Shown: positions 9,029 to 19,592, counted from the first letter of the stretch. The stretch: DNA of 64,000 nt from Patescibacteria group bacterium (GCA_049325535.1 JBMOKY010000001.1:422611-486610), one strand, 5' to 3'. Program-made: numbers and translations. The notes: generated by a model not told the origin, from the letters alone.

Positions 9029-9861
9029 TATGGGTAGCGCTGCTTAGATTTTTTGGCGAGGTAATCGATCATCATGCCGGCGATGTCAGTACCAGTCGTG
9101 TGCTGCGACCGGGCGAAGAAGCAGGGGAAATTTACCTCAGCGACATAGTGGCCATCATCGTCGAACAGAATATCCACCCCACCAGTTTCGATGCCCAGCG
9201 TCTGGACGGCGCGAATGGCGGTGCGCTGGAGCTCGGGGGAAAATTTTTTTGGCACGACCTGGGGGGTGCCCACATTTGATCGGAAGTCGCCGGATCGGGT
9301 TTGATACTCGATGCTATCGACGACCGATTCTCCGAGCACGATTAGTCTCGCTGAGCTCCGCGTCTGAATACACTGGCGCATGATGTAGTATTCTTTGGTG
9401 GCATCGAGATGATCCAGGACGGAAACCAGCGACTCGCGGGAGTCGAGGCGCATAACCCCAATGCCGTGGCTGCCGCCGATTACCTTGATAATCAGGGGGA
9501 AGCCGCCGACATATTCAATATATGCATCCAGGTGGGAGCGATTGACCCCGAAGATAGTTTTTGGAATCGGAATGCCCGCTTCATGGTGCAGCAGCGTGGC
9601 GTAGGGGTCGTTTGCCAGTCGTGTCTTGTCAGTATAAAATGTGACGACTTCCTGGTGCAACATATGGCGTTCCAGCGCGGTATATCGACTGCCCAATGTG
9701 ACACGGTACAGTAGCGTGCCGGGACTAAGGCGCGGCAAATTGCTAAAATCAACCGTATCAGCGTCGAGCGGTCGGTAGTGTATATTCCGCTGCCGGCAGG
9801 CGCGTTCGATCAGATCGTTCGTTTGTTTATTTCCTTCGTGGGTGATGACGACGCAGTCCAT
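9028..9861 (-). CDS. RimK-like ATP-grasp alpha-L-glutamate ligase family protein
   Basis: GGSHGIGV motif and RimK-like architecture; 277 aa; 1-nt overlap with GNAT gene. Confidence 0.7.
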   Translation of the reverse strand: MDCVVITHEGNKQTNDLIERACRQRNIHYRPLDADTVDFSNLPRLSPGTLLYRVTLGSRYTALERHMLHQEVVTFYTDKTRLANDPYATLLHHEAGIPIPKTIFGVNRSHLDAYIEYVGGFPLIIKVIGGSHGIGVMRLDSRESLVSVLDHLDATKEYYIMRQCIQTRSSARLIVLGESVVDSIEYQTRSGDFRSNVGTPQVVPKKFSPELQRTAIRAVQTLGIETGGVDILFDDDGHYVAEVNFPCFFARSQHTTGTDIAGMMIDYLAKKSKQRYP

Positions 9862-9953
9862 AGTACCTGATGAAAAGTAAAAAGTTCAGCGCTGCAACAT
9901 TCATAGTATACGTGGCTTTATCGCTTCGGACAAGTATGCCCTGATCTGCGCGA

Positions 9954-11702
9954 TTGTCCCGAAGGGAGAAAAATGGTATAGTAACGGTCAATTCTATGTC
10001 AAAAATTTGGCAGATTGCACCGCCGATTTCCGAGGATGTTCGCAACGCTTTTCCTGAAGTGCTGCCGCTGGTATTGCAGCTCCTGCACAATCGGGGACTC
10101 AAAACACAGCGTGAGATAGATGAATTCCTCAATCCTGATTATGGGGAAAATACCCATGATCCTTTTTTGTTTCGGCATATGGATCGGGCCGTTCAGCGGA
10201 TCATGACCGCAATACAGCGGGGCGAGCGCATTACAGTTCACGGTGATTATGACGCTGACGGGGTGTGCGCTACCGTTATCGCAGTTTCTGTGCTGCGGGC
10301 GCTCGGGGCTGATGTTACGGTGTATATCCCGCATCGCATGACCGAGGGCTATGGTCTGAATGCAAATACAGTCAATGAACTGGCCGCCCAGGGAACGACC
10401 GTAATCGTGACCGTCGATTGTGGCGTCAGCAATAAAGCCGAGGTCGTCCAGGCGCAGCAACGAGGCATTGACGTCATTATCACCGATCATCATGAGGAAC
10501 CGCCAGAATTACCCCCGGCGTATGCCATCATCAATCCCAGCGTGGCGGCTGATACGTATCCTTTTCGCACGCTGGCTGGATCCGGCGTGGCTTTTAAACT
10601 GGCCCAGGCGCTAGTTCGGCGCGACGGTGGGGTAAAACTCAAAGAGGGATTTGAAAAATGGCTGCTGGACGTGGTGGCCATCGGAACGATAGCCGATATG
10701 GTGCCTCTGGTCGGAGAAAATCGGACGCTGGCAAAATATGGATTAATCGTTCTGCAGAAAACGAAACGGCTGGGGTTGCGTGCGCTGGCGGAGTATTCAC
10801 GGTTTCCGCTGGAGAGCGTCGACAGTGCGGGTGTGGCATTTGGCATCGTTCCGCGTCTGAATGCGGCGGGGCGGATAGATCATGCCAATACTGCATTTGA
10901 GCTGCTGATGTGTGAGGATACCGGGGAGGCTCAGCGGGTGGCGGAGAGCCTGGAAAAGAATAATAAAGAGCGGCAGCGTATGACTGAACAGATGGTACAA
11001 GAGTCAAAACGCCAGCTGGGGGATGTGGGTGACGAGCGCATCCTATTTGCCATCGGAGATGACTGGTCAGCTGGATTGGTCGGGTTGGTCGCCGGTCGGC
11101 TGATGGATCACTATGACCGCCCGGTAATCGTCATGGGAAACCGCGGCGGCGAGATAATGGGATCGGGTCGTTCCATCGCTCCATTTGACATTACCGCAGC
11201 GCTGGTGAAATCCAGAGCATATCTGGATCGATATGGCGGTCATGCCAGCGCCTGTGGATTTACCCTGAAACCGGGAATGCTGGAACAATTTAAAGCGTCG
11301 ATGCGCAGTCTGGCGGGGCAGGCGATTTCCCCGCACGATATGACCAAGCGACTGGCTATAGATGCAGCTGTGTCGCTCGGAGATATCACCTGGGATATCG
11401 TCACTGCACTGGAAGGCTTCGAACCGTTTGGTCAGGGCAATCCAGCAGTTCGTTTTGCCGCGCGGCAATTACGGGTGGCTGATTTCCAGAAAGTGGGCAC
11501 CGATGGCAAGCATCTTCGGCTGCATGTCGAACAAGACGGGGTCACGAAGAAATTGATCGCTTTTGGCTATGGAAATTCCTGGGGTAACGAACTGGCCATC
11601 GGCGATATGATTGACGCTGTATTCGAATTAGCAGTTAATGAGTGGAATGGTAATCGCGAGCTGCAACTGAAATTAGTGGATATCCAGAGGAACACACTAT
11701 GA
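9954..11702 (+). CDS. recJ: single-stranded-DNA-specific exonuclease RecJ
   Basis: DHH family motifs HGDYDADGVCAT and DHHE; DHHA1 region; 582 aa. Confidence 0.85.
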   Translation: MSRREKNGIVTVNSMSKIWQIAPPISEDVRNAFPEVLPLVLQLLHNRGLKTQREIDEFLNPDYGENTHDPFLFRHMDRAVQRIMTAIQRGERITVHGDYDADGVCATVIAVSVLRALGADVTVYIPHRMTEGYGLNANTVNELAAQGTTVIVTVDCGVSNKAEVVQAQQRGIDVIITDHHEEPPELPPAYAIINPSVAADTYPFRTLAGSGVAFKLAQALVRRDGGVKLKEGFEKWLLDVVAIGTIADMVPLVGENRTLAKYGLIVLQKTKRLGLRALAEYSRFPLESVDSAGVAFGIVPRLNAAGRIDHANTAFELLMCEDTGEAQRVAESLEKNNKERQRMTEQMVQESKRQLGDVGDERILFAIGDDWSAGLVGLVAGRLMDHYDRPVIVMGNRGGEIMGSGRSIAPFDITAALVKSRAYLDRYGGHASACGFTLKPGMLEQFKASMRSLAGQAISPHDMTKRLAIDAAVSLGDITWDIVTALEGFEPFGQGNPAVRFAARQLRVADFQKVGTDGKHLRLHVEQDGVTKKLIAFGYGNSWGNELAIGDMIDAVFELAVNEWNGNRELQLKLVDIQRNTL

Positions 11703-12106
11703 CCACGGACGCGTATCGACTCTATACTGACGGTGGAGCACGGGGCAATCCCGGGCCGGCGGGAACGGGGTATGTCATATTCCGTGGCAATGAACGCATC
11801 GCCGCTGGCGGATCGTATATTGGCACCGCCACCAACAACCAGGCTGAATACCGGGCGGTCATCGAAGGACTCAGTAAGGCGCATCAGTTGGGCATCCGTT
11901 CGCTTGACGTGTACATGGATAGTGAGCTCATCGTGAATCAGCTACTGCGCAAGTTCAAAATAAAGGATCCTGAGCTTGGAAAATTATTTATCAAAGCCTG
12001 GAATCTGATGCAGCAATTTACCCGTGTCACGTTTACCCATGTGCCGCGGGAAGAAAATGCTGACGCGGATCAGATGGTAAATCAGGCAATAGACAACGGG
12101 CAATGA
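11699..12106 (+). CDS. rnhA: ribonuclease HI
   Basis: TDGGARGNPGPAG N-terminal motif and catalytic acidic residues; 4-nt overlap with recJ. Confidence 0.8.
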   Translation: MTTDAYRLYTDGGARGNPGPAGTGYVIFRGNERIAAGGSYIGTATNNQAEYRAVIEGLSKAHQLGIRSLDVYMDSELIVNQLLRKFKIKDPELGKLFIKAWNLMQQFTRVTFTHVPREENADADQMVNQAIDNGQ

Positions 12107-12978
12107 TCGTCAATATTATTCTGGGATGTTTAGTGTTGAGTTTTCTCGCTATCGGGATGGCGTGGTTTGTCTCATCTCGGATTATCATGCAGCCACGAGA
12201 GGTGCATGAGGAAGAATGGCGCCAATATCATTTGCATCGTGAACACATATCGTTTCGTTCCGCTGACGGGCTGCTTTTGGACGGCGCATTCATCCATGGG
12301 TCACACGGAGCTACCATCATACTGCTCCACGGGTACGGCCGTTCAAAAGAACAGATGTTGCCGCAGGCGCGCCTGCTGAATGACGCCGGGTATTCCATTT
12401 TCATGTTTGATTTTCGTGCGTCGGGCAAAAGCGAGGGTAAATATATTACTTTTGGCGGGCGGGAGGTAGCCGATCTCGAGGGAGCTATTCAGTATTTAAA
12501 AACGCGCATCGATGTAAATATGGACCGTATCGGGGTACTGGGATTTTCCATGGGCGGCGCGGTGGCGATTTTGAAATCCGGGGATTTGCCGATCAAGGCG
12601 CTGGTGGTCAATTCAGCCTTTGCCCGGTTCAAATCGGTTATCTGGCAAAATTTTCGTCTATATCTGAAGGGGATTCCATTTTTTCCACTGGGGTATCTGA
12701 CGTTATTGGTCATGAAACTACGCACCGGCATATACTATTCCGCCATCAATCCCATACGATCCATGCAGAAACTAAAGGCGATCCCGCTGCTCATTATCCA
12801 CGGCGCGCATGACCGGCGTATTCCGGTCGAGGATGCCATGGAATTTCATCGCAGCGCCCCGTGGATTAAAGAGTTCTGGCTAGTGCGCCGTGCCGAACAC
12901 ACGGACGTGTATACGGTTACCAAAGACGAGTACGAACACAAGGTACTCAGTTTTTTCCGCAAATATTTACTCCACTAA
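12103..12978 (+). CDS. alpha/beta-fold hydrolase with N-terminal TM anchor
   Basis: GFSMGG nucleophile elbow, HGYGRS oxyanion region; 291 aa. Confidence 0.6.
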   Translation: MIVNIILGCLVLSFLAIGMAWFVSSRIIMQPREVHEEEWRQYHLHREHISFRSADGLLLDGAFIHGSHGATIILLHGYGRSKEQMLPQARLLNDAGYSIFMFDFRASGKSEGKYITFGGREVADLEGAIQYLKTRIDVNMDRIGVLGFSMGGAVAILKSGDLPIKALVVNSAFARFKSVIWQNFRLYLKGIPFFPLGYLTLLVMKLRTGIYYSAINPIRSMQKLKAIPLLIIHGAHDRRIPVEDAMEFHRSAPWIKEFWLVRRAEHTDVYTVTKDEYEHKVLSFFRKYLLH

Positions 12979-13662
12979 GAAGCGCTCGGGGAAATCAGTA
13001 AAGATACCATCGACATGGCAACCCGTGACTCGATCGTAGTCGGCAGGTGCATTGACGGTATACGTAAACACTTTCAAACCGGCCTGGTGTGCTGCGGTCA
13101 CCAGTTCGTTTGTTATTGATTTGTTATCTGGATTGACCGAATACGCCCGCATGGCACTGGCGTATGCAATTGGTTGGGCTGGCATGTCACTGCCAAAAAG
13201 TACGCCGATGGCAATATCAGGCTGTAATTGTTTTAACTCTCGCAATTGCGGGTGATCAAATGATGAAATGAGAAATTGACGGAGGGTCCAACTGTGTTTT
13301 TGAACATACTCGGAAATTTTTTGCGCTACTGGATGTGCCGTTCCCACACCTTTCAATTCAATATTTATTGAACAGCGGTGATCAAGTAGTATGAGTAATT
13401 CGTCCAATGTAGGCACATATGCGCCACCGCCGGCATCGAGCTGCTGAAGTTCGTGGCGTGTCAGGTCTGAAACTGCACCCGTACCGTTTGTTGTTCGATC
13501 AACTGTTTCATCGTGGATAACGATGAGATCCCCGGTTTTGCATACATGTACATCACATTCTACCATGCTCACGCCCATTTTCTGTGCAGCAGCGAAAGAT
13601 GGGAGGGTATTCTCAGGGCGGGAACCGGCGGCACCCCGGTGGCCGATGATAAGTGGTTTTGT
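12967..13662 (-). CDS. glycerophosphodiester phosphodiesterase (start at MTKPLIIGHRG; ORF-track N-terminal extension rejected)
   Basis: GDPD signature IIGHRGAAGSRPENTLPSF plus ECDVH; the extended ORF 12967..13896 would overlap the rnpB promoter. Confidence 0.7.
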   Translation of the reverse strand, partial: TKPLIIGHRGAAGSRPENTLPSFAAAQKMGVSMVECDVHVCKTGDLIVIHDETVDRTTNGTGAVSDLTRHELQQLDAGGGAYVPTLDELLILLDHRCSINIELKGVGTAHPVAQKISEYVQKHSWTLRQFLISSFDHPQLRELKQLQPDIAIGVLFGSDMPAQPIAYASAMRAYSVNPDNKSITNELVTAAHQAGLKVFTYTVNAPADYDRVTGCHVDGIFTDFPERFLVE

Positions 13663-13695
13663 CATACGTGGGAAGTATAGCCTACGGATTTGATA

Positions 13696-13724
13696 TTGAC
13701 AAAAATGCCTTATTTTTCTATACT
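13696..13724 (+). promoter_or_regulatory. sigma70-like promoter for rnpB, TTGACA-17 nt-TATACT
   Basis: Consensus -35, 17-nt spacer, good -10, ending ~7 nt before the RNase P RNA 5' end. Confidence 0.45.
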
Positions 13725-13731
13725 CCATCAT

Positions 13732-14137
13732 GCCCAAGTAAACTGGATGATTGCACGTTACATCATGTAATGTGAGGAAAGTCCGAACACCTCCGCCTAT
13801 ATAGGGCGGAACGTGGATAGTCGTGAAAGACGACCGAGGTGCAGCAACTAGAAGGTCTATAGTCTTCTGGATGTTGTCTTCAGGGAATAGTGTCACAGAG
13901 ACAATACCGCCCCGTCATCCGACAGGGTAAGGGTGAAAAGAGTGGGGTAAGAGCCCACAGGTTTGACCGGTGACGATCGAACGTGAAAAACCCTATCCGG
14001 TGCAAGACCAAGTAGGGTGCCCATTGGGCATCGGGTTGGTCGCATGATTCCGATGGTAACGTCGGAACCAGATAGATAATCATCGTCCACCGTTGGTGGA
14101 TACAGAATTCGGCTTACAGGTTTACTTGGGCACAACC
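13732..14137 (+). ncRNA. rnpB: RNase P RNA, bacterial type A
   Basis: P4 motif GAGGAAAGUCCGAACAC; P10-12 region GGGUAAGGGUGAAAAGAGUGGGGUAAGAGCCCAC; 3' motif ACAGAAUUCGGCUUACAG; P1 pairing GCCCAAGUAAAC / GUUUACUUGGGC. Confidence 0.8.
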
Positions 14138-14169
14138 TAATCAATAAAAACAATTAACCCATACCAGGC

Positions 14170-15561
14170 ATGAAAAAGTCAGAGCTGTTGTTTAGCGCAA
14201 TTTTGGTGCCCGTCGACTACTGCATGGTAGTTGTGGCGGGTATTTTTGCGTATAATCTTCGTTTCTTCTCGTTTTTTACCGATATTCGCCCGGTTTTTTA
14301 TGAGATTGTATTTAAAGATTTCTTTACCATTGTCTTGTCCGTGGCAGCCATCTATGTGATTATATTTGCCCTTTCCGGTTTGTATGCAATCAAAAGTACG
14401 CGTCGCCTTTTGGATGAAATGTCCCGAGTATTCGTCGCTGCCACCGCGGCAATTGCCATCGTTATCATCATCATTTTTTTTCAGCGTGAGCTATTCTCAT
14501 CACGATTTATCATATTGTCCGGCTGGATTCTGACGGTGATTCTGGTCATCATCGGACGATCTTTGGTCAGGTATATCCAGCGGGTATTTTTGAAACGGGG
14601 AGTGGGATTGCACAATATTGTGATCATCGGGAATGATAAAACCACCGAGGATATCGTGAAGCAAATTTATCAGCGACCAACGCTGGGATATCGCATCGTG
14701 GAGCGGAGCGTCGATTTTTCCGGTGACATTGAGGAGCGATTGAAAGAAAAGATGAAAACCGTCTCAATCGATGAGCTTATCCTCGGTGACACGAGCGTCG
14801 ATAAATCTCAGGTACTGGCCATGCGGAATTTTTGTACGGATTATCATATCACGTATAAATACGCCACGGACCTTTTCGAAGTCCAGCCGACCCATATCGA
14901 GATCAATACTATTGCCGATATCCCTATCATTGAAGTGAAGCGTACTCGGCTCGATGGATGGGGCAAAATTGCCAAACGGATTGTGGATATCGTCGGATCG
15001 GGAGTCGGATTGATTATACTTTCTCCGTTTTTGCTGCTGATCGCTCTCGGTATCATGATTGATTCGCAGGGTGGGGTGTTTGTCAAACTGGAGCGGGTCG
15101 GGTACAAAGGCAAAGCATTCCGATTGTATAAATTTCGTTCCATGGTACGTAATGCGCACGCGCTGAAACAGGATTTGGTACAGATGAATGAACGAGCCGA
15201 TGGTCCGCTGTTTAAAATAAAAAATGATCCCCGCATTACTCGCGTCGGGCGTTTTTTGCGAAAGACCAGCCTCGATGAGCTGCCGCAGCTGTATAATGTG
15301 CTCAAGGGCGAGATGAGCCTGGTCGGACCGCGTCCGCATGAACCAGAGGAAGTGTCACGATATGAACGGTGGCAGCGTAAGCTGCTGACAATCAAGCCCG
15401 GCATGACAGGTTTGGCCCAGATATCCGGCCGTTCCGATCTGCGATTTGAAGACGAGGCAAAATTGGATATTTACTATATTGAGAATTGGACCCCGACTCT
15501 TGATTTCCGTATCGTTATCAAAACCCCCTGGGTAGTGCTAACCGGCACGTCTGCCGCATAG
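14170..15561 (+). CDS. polyprenyl-phosphate sugar phosphotransferase (WbaP/bacterial sugar transferase family), initiating enzyme
   Basis: Four N-terminal TM segments plus C-terminal PF02397-type domain with KGEMSLVGPRP motif; 463 aa. Confidence 0.85.
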   Translation: MKKSELLFSAILVPVDYCMVVVAGIFAYNLRFFSFFTDIRPVFYEIVFKDFFTIVLSVAAIYVIIFALSGLYAIKSTRRLLDEMSRVFVAATAAIAIVIIIIFFQRELFSSRFIILSGWILTVILVIIGRSLVRYIQRVFLKRGVGLHNIVIIGNDKTTEDIVKQIYQRPTLGYRIVERSVDFSGDIEERLKEKMKTVSIDELILGDTSVDKSQVLAMRNFCTDYHITYKYATDLFEVQPTHIEINTIADIPIIEVKRTRLDGWGKIAKRIVDIVGSGVGLIILSPFLLLIALGIMIDSQGGVFVKLERVGYKGKAFRLYKFRSMVRNAHALKQDLVQMNERADGPLFKIKNDPRITRVGRFLRKTSLDELPQLYNVLKGEMSLVGPRPHEPEEVSRYERWQRKLLTIKPGMTGLAQISGRSDLRFEDEAKLDIYYIENWTPTLDFRIVIKTPWVVLTGTSAA

Positions 15562-15564
15562 CGT

Positions 15565-16665
15565 ATGAAACTGGCATTAGTCCATGATCATCTAAACCAG
15601 CTCGGGGGGGCTGAACGAGTACTCAAAGCATTTTGTGATCTGTATCCGGATGCGCCGATGTACACGCTGATTTATGATGCGGACAAGACAAATCATGTTT
15701 TTGACAACACAACGATTAAAGAATCGTTTATTGCCCGGTTCCCGTTTGCCCGGAAGAAATTTCGCTGGTACCTGCCGATGATGGTTCCCGCCACCGAAAG
15801 TTATGCGCTGAACGGGTATGACGTGGTTTTATCGGACAGCTCGGGTTTGGCCAAGGGGGTCATCACCTCGCCCCGTTCGCTCCATATATGTTATTGCCAC
15901 ACGCCGACACGGTATCTCTGGAGTGACCATAATGAAATTATTGATAAACTGGAACGGAATAAATTAGTCGGGCGTCTGTCCCTCTTATACCGCAGCTATT
16001 TGCGTGTCTGGGATCGGCAAGCAGCTGATCGAGTGGATGTTTTTATCGCCAATTCCCAGTTTGTCGCTAAACGCATAAAGAAATATTACCAGCGGGAGAG
16101 CATAGTCATCCCACCGCCGGTTCTGACAGATTTGTTTCAGATAAGCCCAACCGTTGAGGACTATTACCTCATCGTGTCCCGGCTCCGTCCCTATAAACGC
16201 GTTGATCTGGCTATTCGTGCGTTCAATAAACTCGGTTTACCGCTGTACATTATCGGCGATGGGGAAGAGGAGGAGCGGTTACGCGCAATGGCCGGTCCGA
16301 CCATACGATTCCTCGGCTATGTGTCTGATGAAAAGAAGCGCACGTATATGGCTCGATGCAAGGCGCTGATTCATCCCCAGGAAGAGGATTTTGGCATTAC
16401 ACCAGTAGAGGCTATGGCCGCTGGGCGGCCAGTTATCGCCTATGGCGTCGGCGGTGCTTTGGAAACCGTCGTTTCCGGAAAAACCGGCGTGTTATTTGAC
16501 GAGCAATCATGGGAGGCTCTGGCTGATACGGTCATCCACTTTAAGTCGGATGCATTTGATCCCGCGGCAATCAGGCAACATGCGCGGCAATTTGACATCG
16601 AGCGATTTAAGGAGCGTATCAGTGAAGTAGTCACGAAAACTTGGCAAGAATATAAAAATCGGTAA
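15565..16665 (+). CDS. GT4 family glycosyltransferase
   Basis: C-terminal EDFGITPVEAMAAGRPVIA (E-X7-E-like GT4 motif); 366 aa. Confidence 0.8.
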   Translation: MKLALVHDHLNQLGGAERVLKAFCDLYPDAPMYTLIYDADKTNHVFDNTTIKESFIARFPFARKKFRWYLPMMVPATESYALNGYDVVLSDSSGLAKGVITSPRSLHICYCHTPTRYLWSDHNEIIDKLERNKLVGRLSLLYRSYLRVWDRQAADRVDVFIANSQFVAKRIKKYYQRESIVIPPPVLTDLFQISPTVEDYYLIVSRLRPYKRVDLAIRAFNKLGLPLYIIGDGEEEERLRAMAGPTIRFLGYVSDEKKRTYMARCKALIHPQEEDFGITPVEAMAAGRPVIAYGVGGALETVVSGKTGVLFDEQSWEALADTVIHFKSDAFDPAAIRQHARQFDIERFKERISEVVTKTWQEYKNR

Positions 16666-16680
16666 TACTATAGTATATAT

Positions 16681-17322
16681 ATGTCACATGAAATATCCGT
16701 TCAAACGCCTTTTCAGCGATACCGCTGGTTGGTCATCGCCATCACCGTCGGTGGCGCCTTGGCGGCACTGGTATTTGCCCTGATTACCCCGGTCCAGTAT
16801 GATACTTCGCTGGCTTTTTTTATCAATCGGACGAATACGCAGGTGACGACCGAATACCAGTACGACGGGTATTATGCCATTCAGGCATCCGATCTTTTTG
16901 CCCAGACAGTGATGAGCTGGTTTTTGACACCGTCGGTACTGCTCGACATATATGGCCAGGCCGGCATCGATCCGGCAATTTCATCTATCGAGGAGCTGAC
17001 GTCTCGCTTCAAGACGCGGCAGTATTCGCCGCAAAACATCGTCGTCCGCTATCAGGAGCGTGATCGTGATACCGCGCAAAAAATAGCTATTGCCATAACT
17101 GACGTGGTTGAGAAAAAAGGAGCTGACGCAAACAAGAACATTGAGCAGGAAGCGCTGTTTGATGTCCAGGGAGGCGTCCCGGTGGTCGTCGAAAAACGAC
17201 CGAGCATTGTACTGAATGCCGGTATTGGCCTGGTGGCCGGATTTATTTTGAGCGTGGTTCTCGCCTATAGTCTAGATTATCTTCGCCGACCGGCGCAGCC
17301 GAAACAAACCCAACTGCCATAA
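16681..17322 (+). CDS. Wzz-like chain-length determinant domain protein (short)
   Basis: N-terminal TM plus Wzz-type segment, C-terminal TM; 213 aa; embedded in glycan locus. Confidence 0.45.
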   Translation: MSHEISVQTPFQRYRWLVIAITVGGALAALVFALITPVQYDTSLAFFINRTNTQVTTEYQYDGYYAIQASDLFAQTVMSWFLTPSVLLDIYGQAGIDPAISSIEELTSRFKTRQYSPQNIVVRYQERDRDTAQKIAIAITDVVEKKGADANKNIEQEALFDVQGGVPVVVEKRPSIVLNAGIGLVAGFILSVVLAYSLDYLRRPAQPKQTQLP

Positions 17323-17325
17323 TCC

Positions 17326-18453
17326 ATGCGTATCGGGATCGATATTCGATCGCTCATCGAAACGCATCCCTCGGGGGTTAGTCACTATACCCGGGAGTTA
17401 TTGCAGCATCTGCCGCTGATTGGTGGGGGGCATGAGTTCCGGCTTTTTTGTAATTCCGCGGCGGAGGTACCTGGTTGGCTGACGACCCTCATCGCCCGCT
17501 ATCCGCAGTATCACCTGGTTCACCGGCGCATGCCCAATAAACTTTTCAATCTGATGCAGTGGGCCATGGGGCTGCCGGCGGTGGATCGGTTGGCCGGTAC
17601 GGTCGATGTGTTCCTCATGCCAAATATCATATTTGCTGGCATCAGTCGCATGACGCCGCTCGTCATCACCGCTCATGACGCCTCGTTTACCTACCCGGGG
17701 TTTTATCAATTACGATCGCGATGGTGGCACCGGGTAGTCAATCCCGGGCGCTGGTATCGGCGAGCTGATCATATCCTGGCCGTATCGGAGAGCACACGGC
17801 GGGACCTGGTGATGCATTTCGGGATTCCAGAGCAGAAGGTGAGCGTGGTTCATCTCGGGGTGGATATGGCGCGATTTCAGTCAGTGGCCGCCACCCAGAT
17901 CGAGCAGGTTCGCAGCAGCTTCCGGCTGGATCGACCGTACGTCTTGTTTATGGGTACGGTCATGGATCGCAAAAACATTGATACCATACTGCAGGCATGG
18001 CGCGCATTGACCGGACCCGGGGATGGGGGATATGATTTAGTCCTCGCCGGATACATTCAGGAGGCGCGATTGATACCGGACGATGATCGTATCCGGGCAC
18101 TCGGATATATCCCGGAACCGCTCAAACCAGCGCTATATGCCGGGGCTACGGCGTTTGTGTATCCATCATTTTTTGAAGGTTTTGGTCTGCCGGTATTGGA
18201 GGCGATGGCATCAGGGGTGCCGGTTATTACCAGTGCTGCTACGTCGCTCGGAGAAGTGGCTGGGGACGCTGCGCTCCTGGTGAATCCGTACCGGGCTGAT
18301 GAGCTGGCCGATGCGTTACGCGTTGTATTGCGCGACCAGGCCCTGCGTGACATGCTGATTCGGCGCGGGCGGGAGCGTGCGTCGCTTTTTTCCTGGGAAC
18401 GGACCGCCCGGGAGACATTAGCGGTCCTCAGAGCACAAGGAACACGATCATGA
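17326..18453 (+). CDS. GT4 family glycosyltransferase
   Basis: EGFGLPVLEAMASGVPVI motif; 375 aa. Confidence 0.8.
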   Translation: MRIGIDIRSLIETHPSGVSHYTRELLQHLPLIGGGHEFRLFCNSAAEVPGWLTTLIARYPQYHLVHRRMPNKLFNLMQWAMGLPAVDRLAGTVDVFLMPNIIFAGISRMTPLVITAHDASFTYPGFYQLRSRWWHRVVNPGRWYRRADHILAVSESTRRDLVMHFGIPEQKVSVVHLGVDMARFQSVAATQIEQVRSSFRLDRPYVLFMGTVMDRKNIDTILQAWRALTGPGDGGYDLVLAGYIQEARLIPDDDRIRALGYIPEPLKPALYAGATAFVYPSFFEGFGLPVLEAMASGVPVITSAATSLGEVAGDAALLVNPYRADELADALRVVLRDQALRDMLIRRGRERASLFSWERTARETLAVLRAQGTRS

Positions 18454-19565
18454 TTATAGGAATAGACGCTCGATTTTATGGCACCGGCGCCAAAGGACTT
18501 GGCCGATATACTCAGAAACTGATAACTCATCTGGAGGATATTGACCATGAAAACGATTACGTCATTTTTTTGCGTCGTGAAAATTGGGATGAGTATCGGC
18601 CGCAGAATCCACGCTTCCGGAAAGTTTTGGCGGATTTCCGCTGGTACACGCTCCGAGAACAGATTTTTTTTCCGTTGGTAGTGCGCCGGGAACGAGTCGA
18701 CGTCATGCATTTCACGCATTTCAATGTGCCGCTGTGGTATGTCGGGAAATTTATTGTGACTATTCACGATTTAATTCTGACGAAGTACCCGACCCAGCGC
18801 GCATCGACTCTCGGCCCGCTCTTGTACCGGATCAAGCATGCTGCATATTTACTGACCATACGCCGCGCCATCAGGCGTGCGAGCCGGATTATTGCCGTGT
18901 CTCAGTATACCAAGGCTGACATCGTAGCTCATTTTGGCGTCGCTCCGGAAAAAATTAGCGTAACTTATGAAGCGGTCGATGTTCCGGTCCAGGAGGAACC
19001 AAATGACCAATCGGTGCTCGACCGGTATCACGTTGTCCAACCTTATCTACTCCATGTCGGAAACGTCTATCCGCATAAAAATATCGAGCGGCTGCTCGAG
19101 GCACTGGCGCAGGTCAGGCAATCCCACCCGCAGTTGTCGCTCGTGCTCGTCGGGAAGGAGGATTATTTCATCAATCGGATGAAAAAATTGGTGCAATCGC
19201 GCGGGCTTGCCGGGGCGGTGATTTTTACCGGCTATGTACCGGATGGATCATTGCCATCGCTGTATCGCCATGCGTCGGCATACGTGTTTCCGTCGCTATG
19301 CGAGGGGTTTGGCCTGCCTGGATTGGAGGCGTGCGCTTTTGGCGTTCCGGTCGCGGCAAGTAATAATTCGTGCCTTCCGGAAATTCTCGGCTCGGCGGCT
19401 GTATATTTTGATCCCCATGATGGAGCGGCTATGGCCGTCGCTATTCGCCAATTGATCGAGAATCGATCGGTAGCCGACCGCTTGATCGCCCTCGGCCATG
19501 AACAGGTGCGCGCATTCAGTTGGAAGGTGATGGCGGAGCGGACGAGGGCATTGTATAGTCAATAA
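18450..19565 (+). CDS. GT4 family glycosyltransferase
   Basis: EGFGLPGLEACAFGVPVA motif; 4-nt overlap with upstream GT4; 371 aa. Confidence 0.8.
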   Translation: MIIGIDARFYGTGAKGLGRYTQKLITHLEDIDHENDYVIFLRRENWDEYRPQNPRFRKVLADFRWYTLREQIFFPLVVRRERVDVMHFTHFNVPLWYVGKFIVTIHDLILTKYPTQRASTLGPLLYRIKHAAYLLTIRRAIRRASRIIAVSQYTKADIVAHFGVAPEKISVTYEAVDVPVQEEPNDQSVLDRYHVVQPYLLHVGNVYPHKNIERLLEALAQVRQSHPQLSLVLVGKEDYFINRMKKLVQSRGLAGAVIFTGYVPDGSLPSLYRHASAYVFPSLCEGFGLPGLEACAFGVPVAASNNSCLPEILGSAAVYFDPHDGAAMAVAIRQLIENRSVADRLIALGHEQVRAFSWKVMAERTRALYSQ

Positions 19566-19592
19566 GATTATTGTACACTAGAGTGAGTTTCT

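Noticed and set aside
12967-13896. ORF-track extended start for the GDPD gene (309 aa)
   Set aside because: The extension has no GDPD homology and runs through the rnpB promoter region. The internal ATG giving MTKPLIIGHRG matches family N-termini.
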